64,000 nt of DNA, taken from the NCBI RefSeq assembly GCF_004010195.1, contig NC_057723.1, forward strand, positions 16,363,718-16,427,717. Reading direction: 5' to 3'. The position numbers and the translations under genes were made by a program. Under the pieces are notes generated by a model. It searched no databases. It worked only from the letters and a program-made list of their open reading frames with translations, and was not told where the DNA came from. The DNA is from Chiloscyllium plagiosum (Eukaryota). Shown one piece after another: positions 63,075 through 64,000 of the stretch (positions within the stretch are counted from its first letter, which is position 1; the number at the start of each line of letters is the position of its first letter).

Positions 63075-63640
63075 AATGAAATAGGAACAGAAGCAGCTAT
63101 TTGGCCTCAGTGGGATCATGGCTGATCTGACATTCTTCACGGCCATTTTCCTTTCCCTATAGCCCTTCATTCCCTTACTGATCAAGAATCTATCTATCTC
63201 AGCCTTAAATATACACAAGCACTCTGCCTCCACAGTTCTCTGTGGCACGGAGCTCCAAAGACTCACAACCCTTTTAAATTGCCTGTTTATTCTGAGACTA
63301 TGTCCTCTGATCTTAGACTCCCCAGTGAGGGGAAACAACCTCTCATATTTACCCTGTCAAGCCCCTTAAGAATTATATCTGTTTCAATGAGATCATAAGT
63401 CCAGTGACTAGAGTTCCAACCTGTTTAACTTTTGCTCATCGAATAATTCCTCCATACCAGGGATCATTCCAGTGAACCTTTTTTGAACTGCCTCTCATGA
63501 TATCTTTCCTTTAAATAAAGTGACCAAAACTGCTCCCAGTAGTCTTGATGTTATCTCAGCAGCACCTTGTATAGTTGCAGTAAGAATTCCTGACTCTTAT
63601 ACTCCGATCTCTTGAAATAAGGGCTAATACCAATGCACAA
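63075..63640 (-). mobile_element. CR1 3' end
   Basis: FPLTGESKIRGHSLRI...IFKAEIDRFLISKGMKGY. Confidence 0.85.
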
Positions 63641-64000
63641 AAGGCTTGCTGAGTCTTATAATATTCCAGGAAGTTTTGCTTTTCAATACAGATTGAGGAT
63701 GGCTGAGGTGCCCCTCTGGGAAGTGACTGTAGCTTTATCATGCACAAAGCTGCTCTCCTACTGCAGGATGATGTATTCTTATTCTCACTGCTGTCAAGAC
63801 TGTTGCCTCCCATTTTGAGATGGAACAGCCCAAAGCAATGGAACTGTCAAAGCCCAGAGTTGCTCAGAGCATTCTGCAGTCTCCCCCATTGACAGTCAGC
63901 TATGCTGGTGCCACTGGGGAAACTCTGGAAGGAACAGTGTGTCAGGCAAAGGCATTCACCTGGCTAAGAAAATGCACCTGGTTGAAAAATCCAGTTTTGC

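Noticed and set aside
52436-64000. Downstream SH3RF2 SH3-domain exons
   Set aside because: No ALYxY/SH3-like exon recognised; region is treated as intron.

Overview
Eukaryotic, repeat-dense vertebrate DNA. The HE1 V-SINEs, HER1/CR1 LINEs and Deu-type SINEs point to a cartilaginous fish, most likely a shark (inference). Two host genes were reconstructed by eye. GRXCR2 is complete on the minus strand (coding exons 36272-35928, 31733-31557, 26643-26464; 233 aa, all phase 0); exons 2 and 3 are missing from the ORF track. The first coding (RING finger) exon of SH3RF2 is on the plus strand (52067-52435), head-to-head with GRXCR2 as in mammals. Most of the rest is transposon debris: CR1/L2 LINE fragments, an L1 lacking its RT core nested in a CR1, Penelope-like elements (PLEs), SINEs, a hAT transposon, Tc1/mariner-type MITEs and probable solo LTRs. 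The strongest hidden signal is a dispersed set of minimal hammerhead ribozyme motifs (CUGANGA, extra nt, stem II, GAA, palindromic ACGU/AGCU, H) at PLE ends, often as inverted or tandem pairs. One sits in a young TSD-flanked 87-bp hairpin in GRXCR2 intron 2. Other oddities are a tRNA-Trp-shaped gene with a CCC anticodon just upstream of an HE1 SINE inside the hAT element, a tandem duplication with an exact 27-bp micro-inversion, and a CR1 with a twin-priming-like 5' inversion. Family assignments are from recall of consensus sequences, not database searches, and repeat boundaries are approximate unless TSDs or TIRs are cited.
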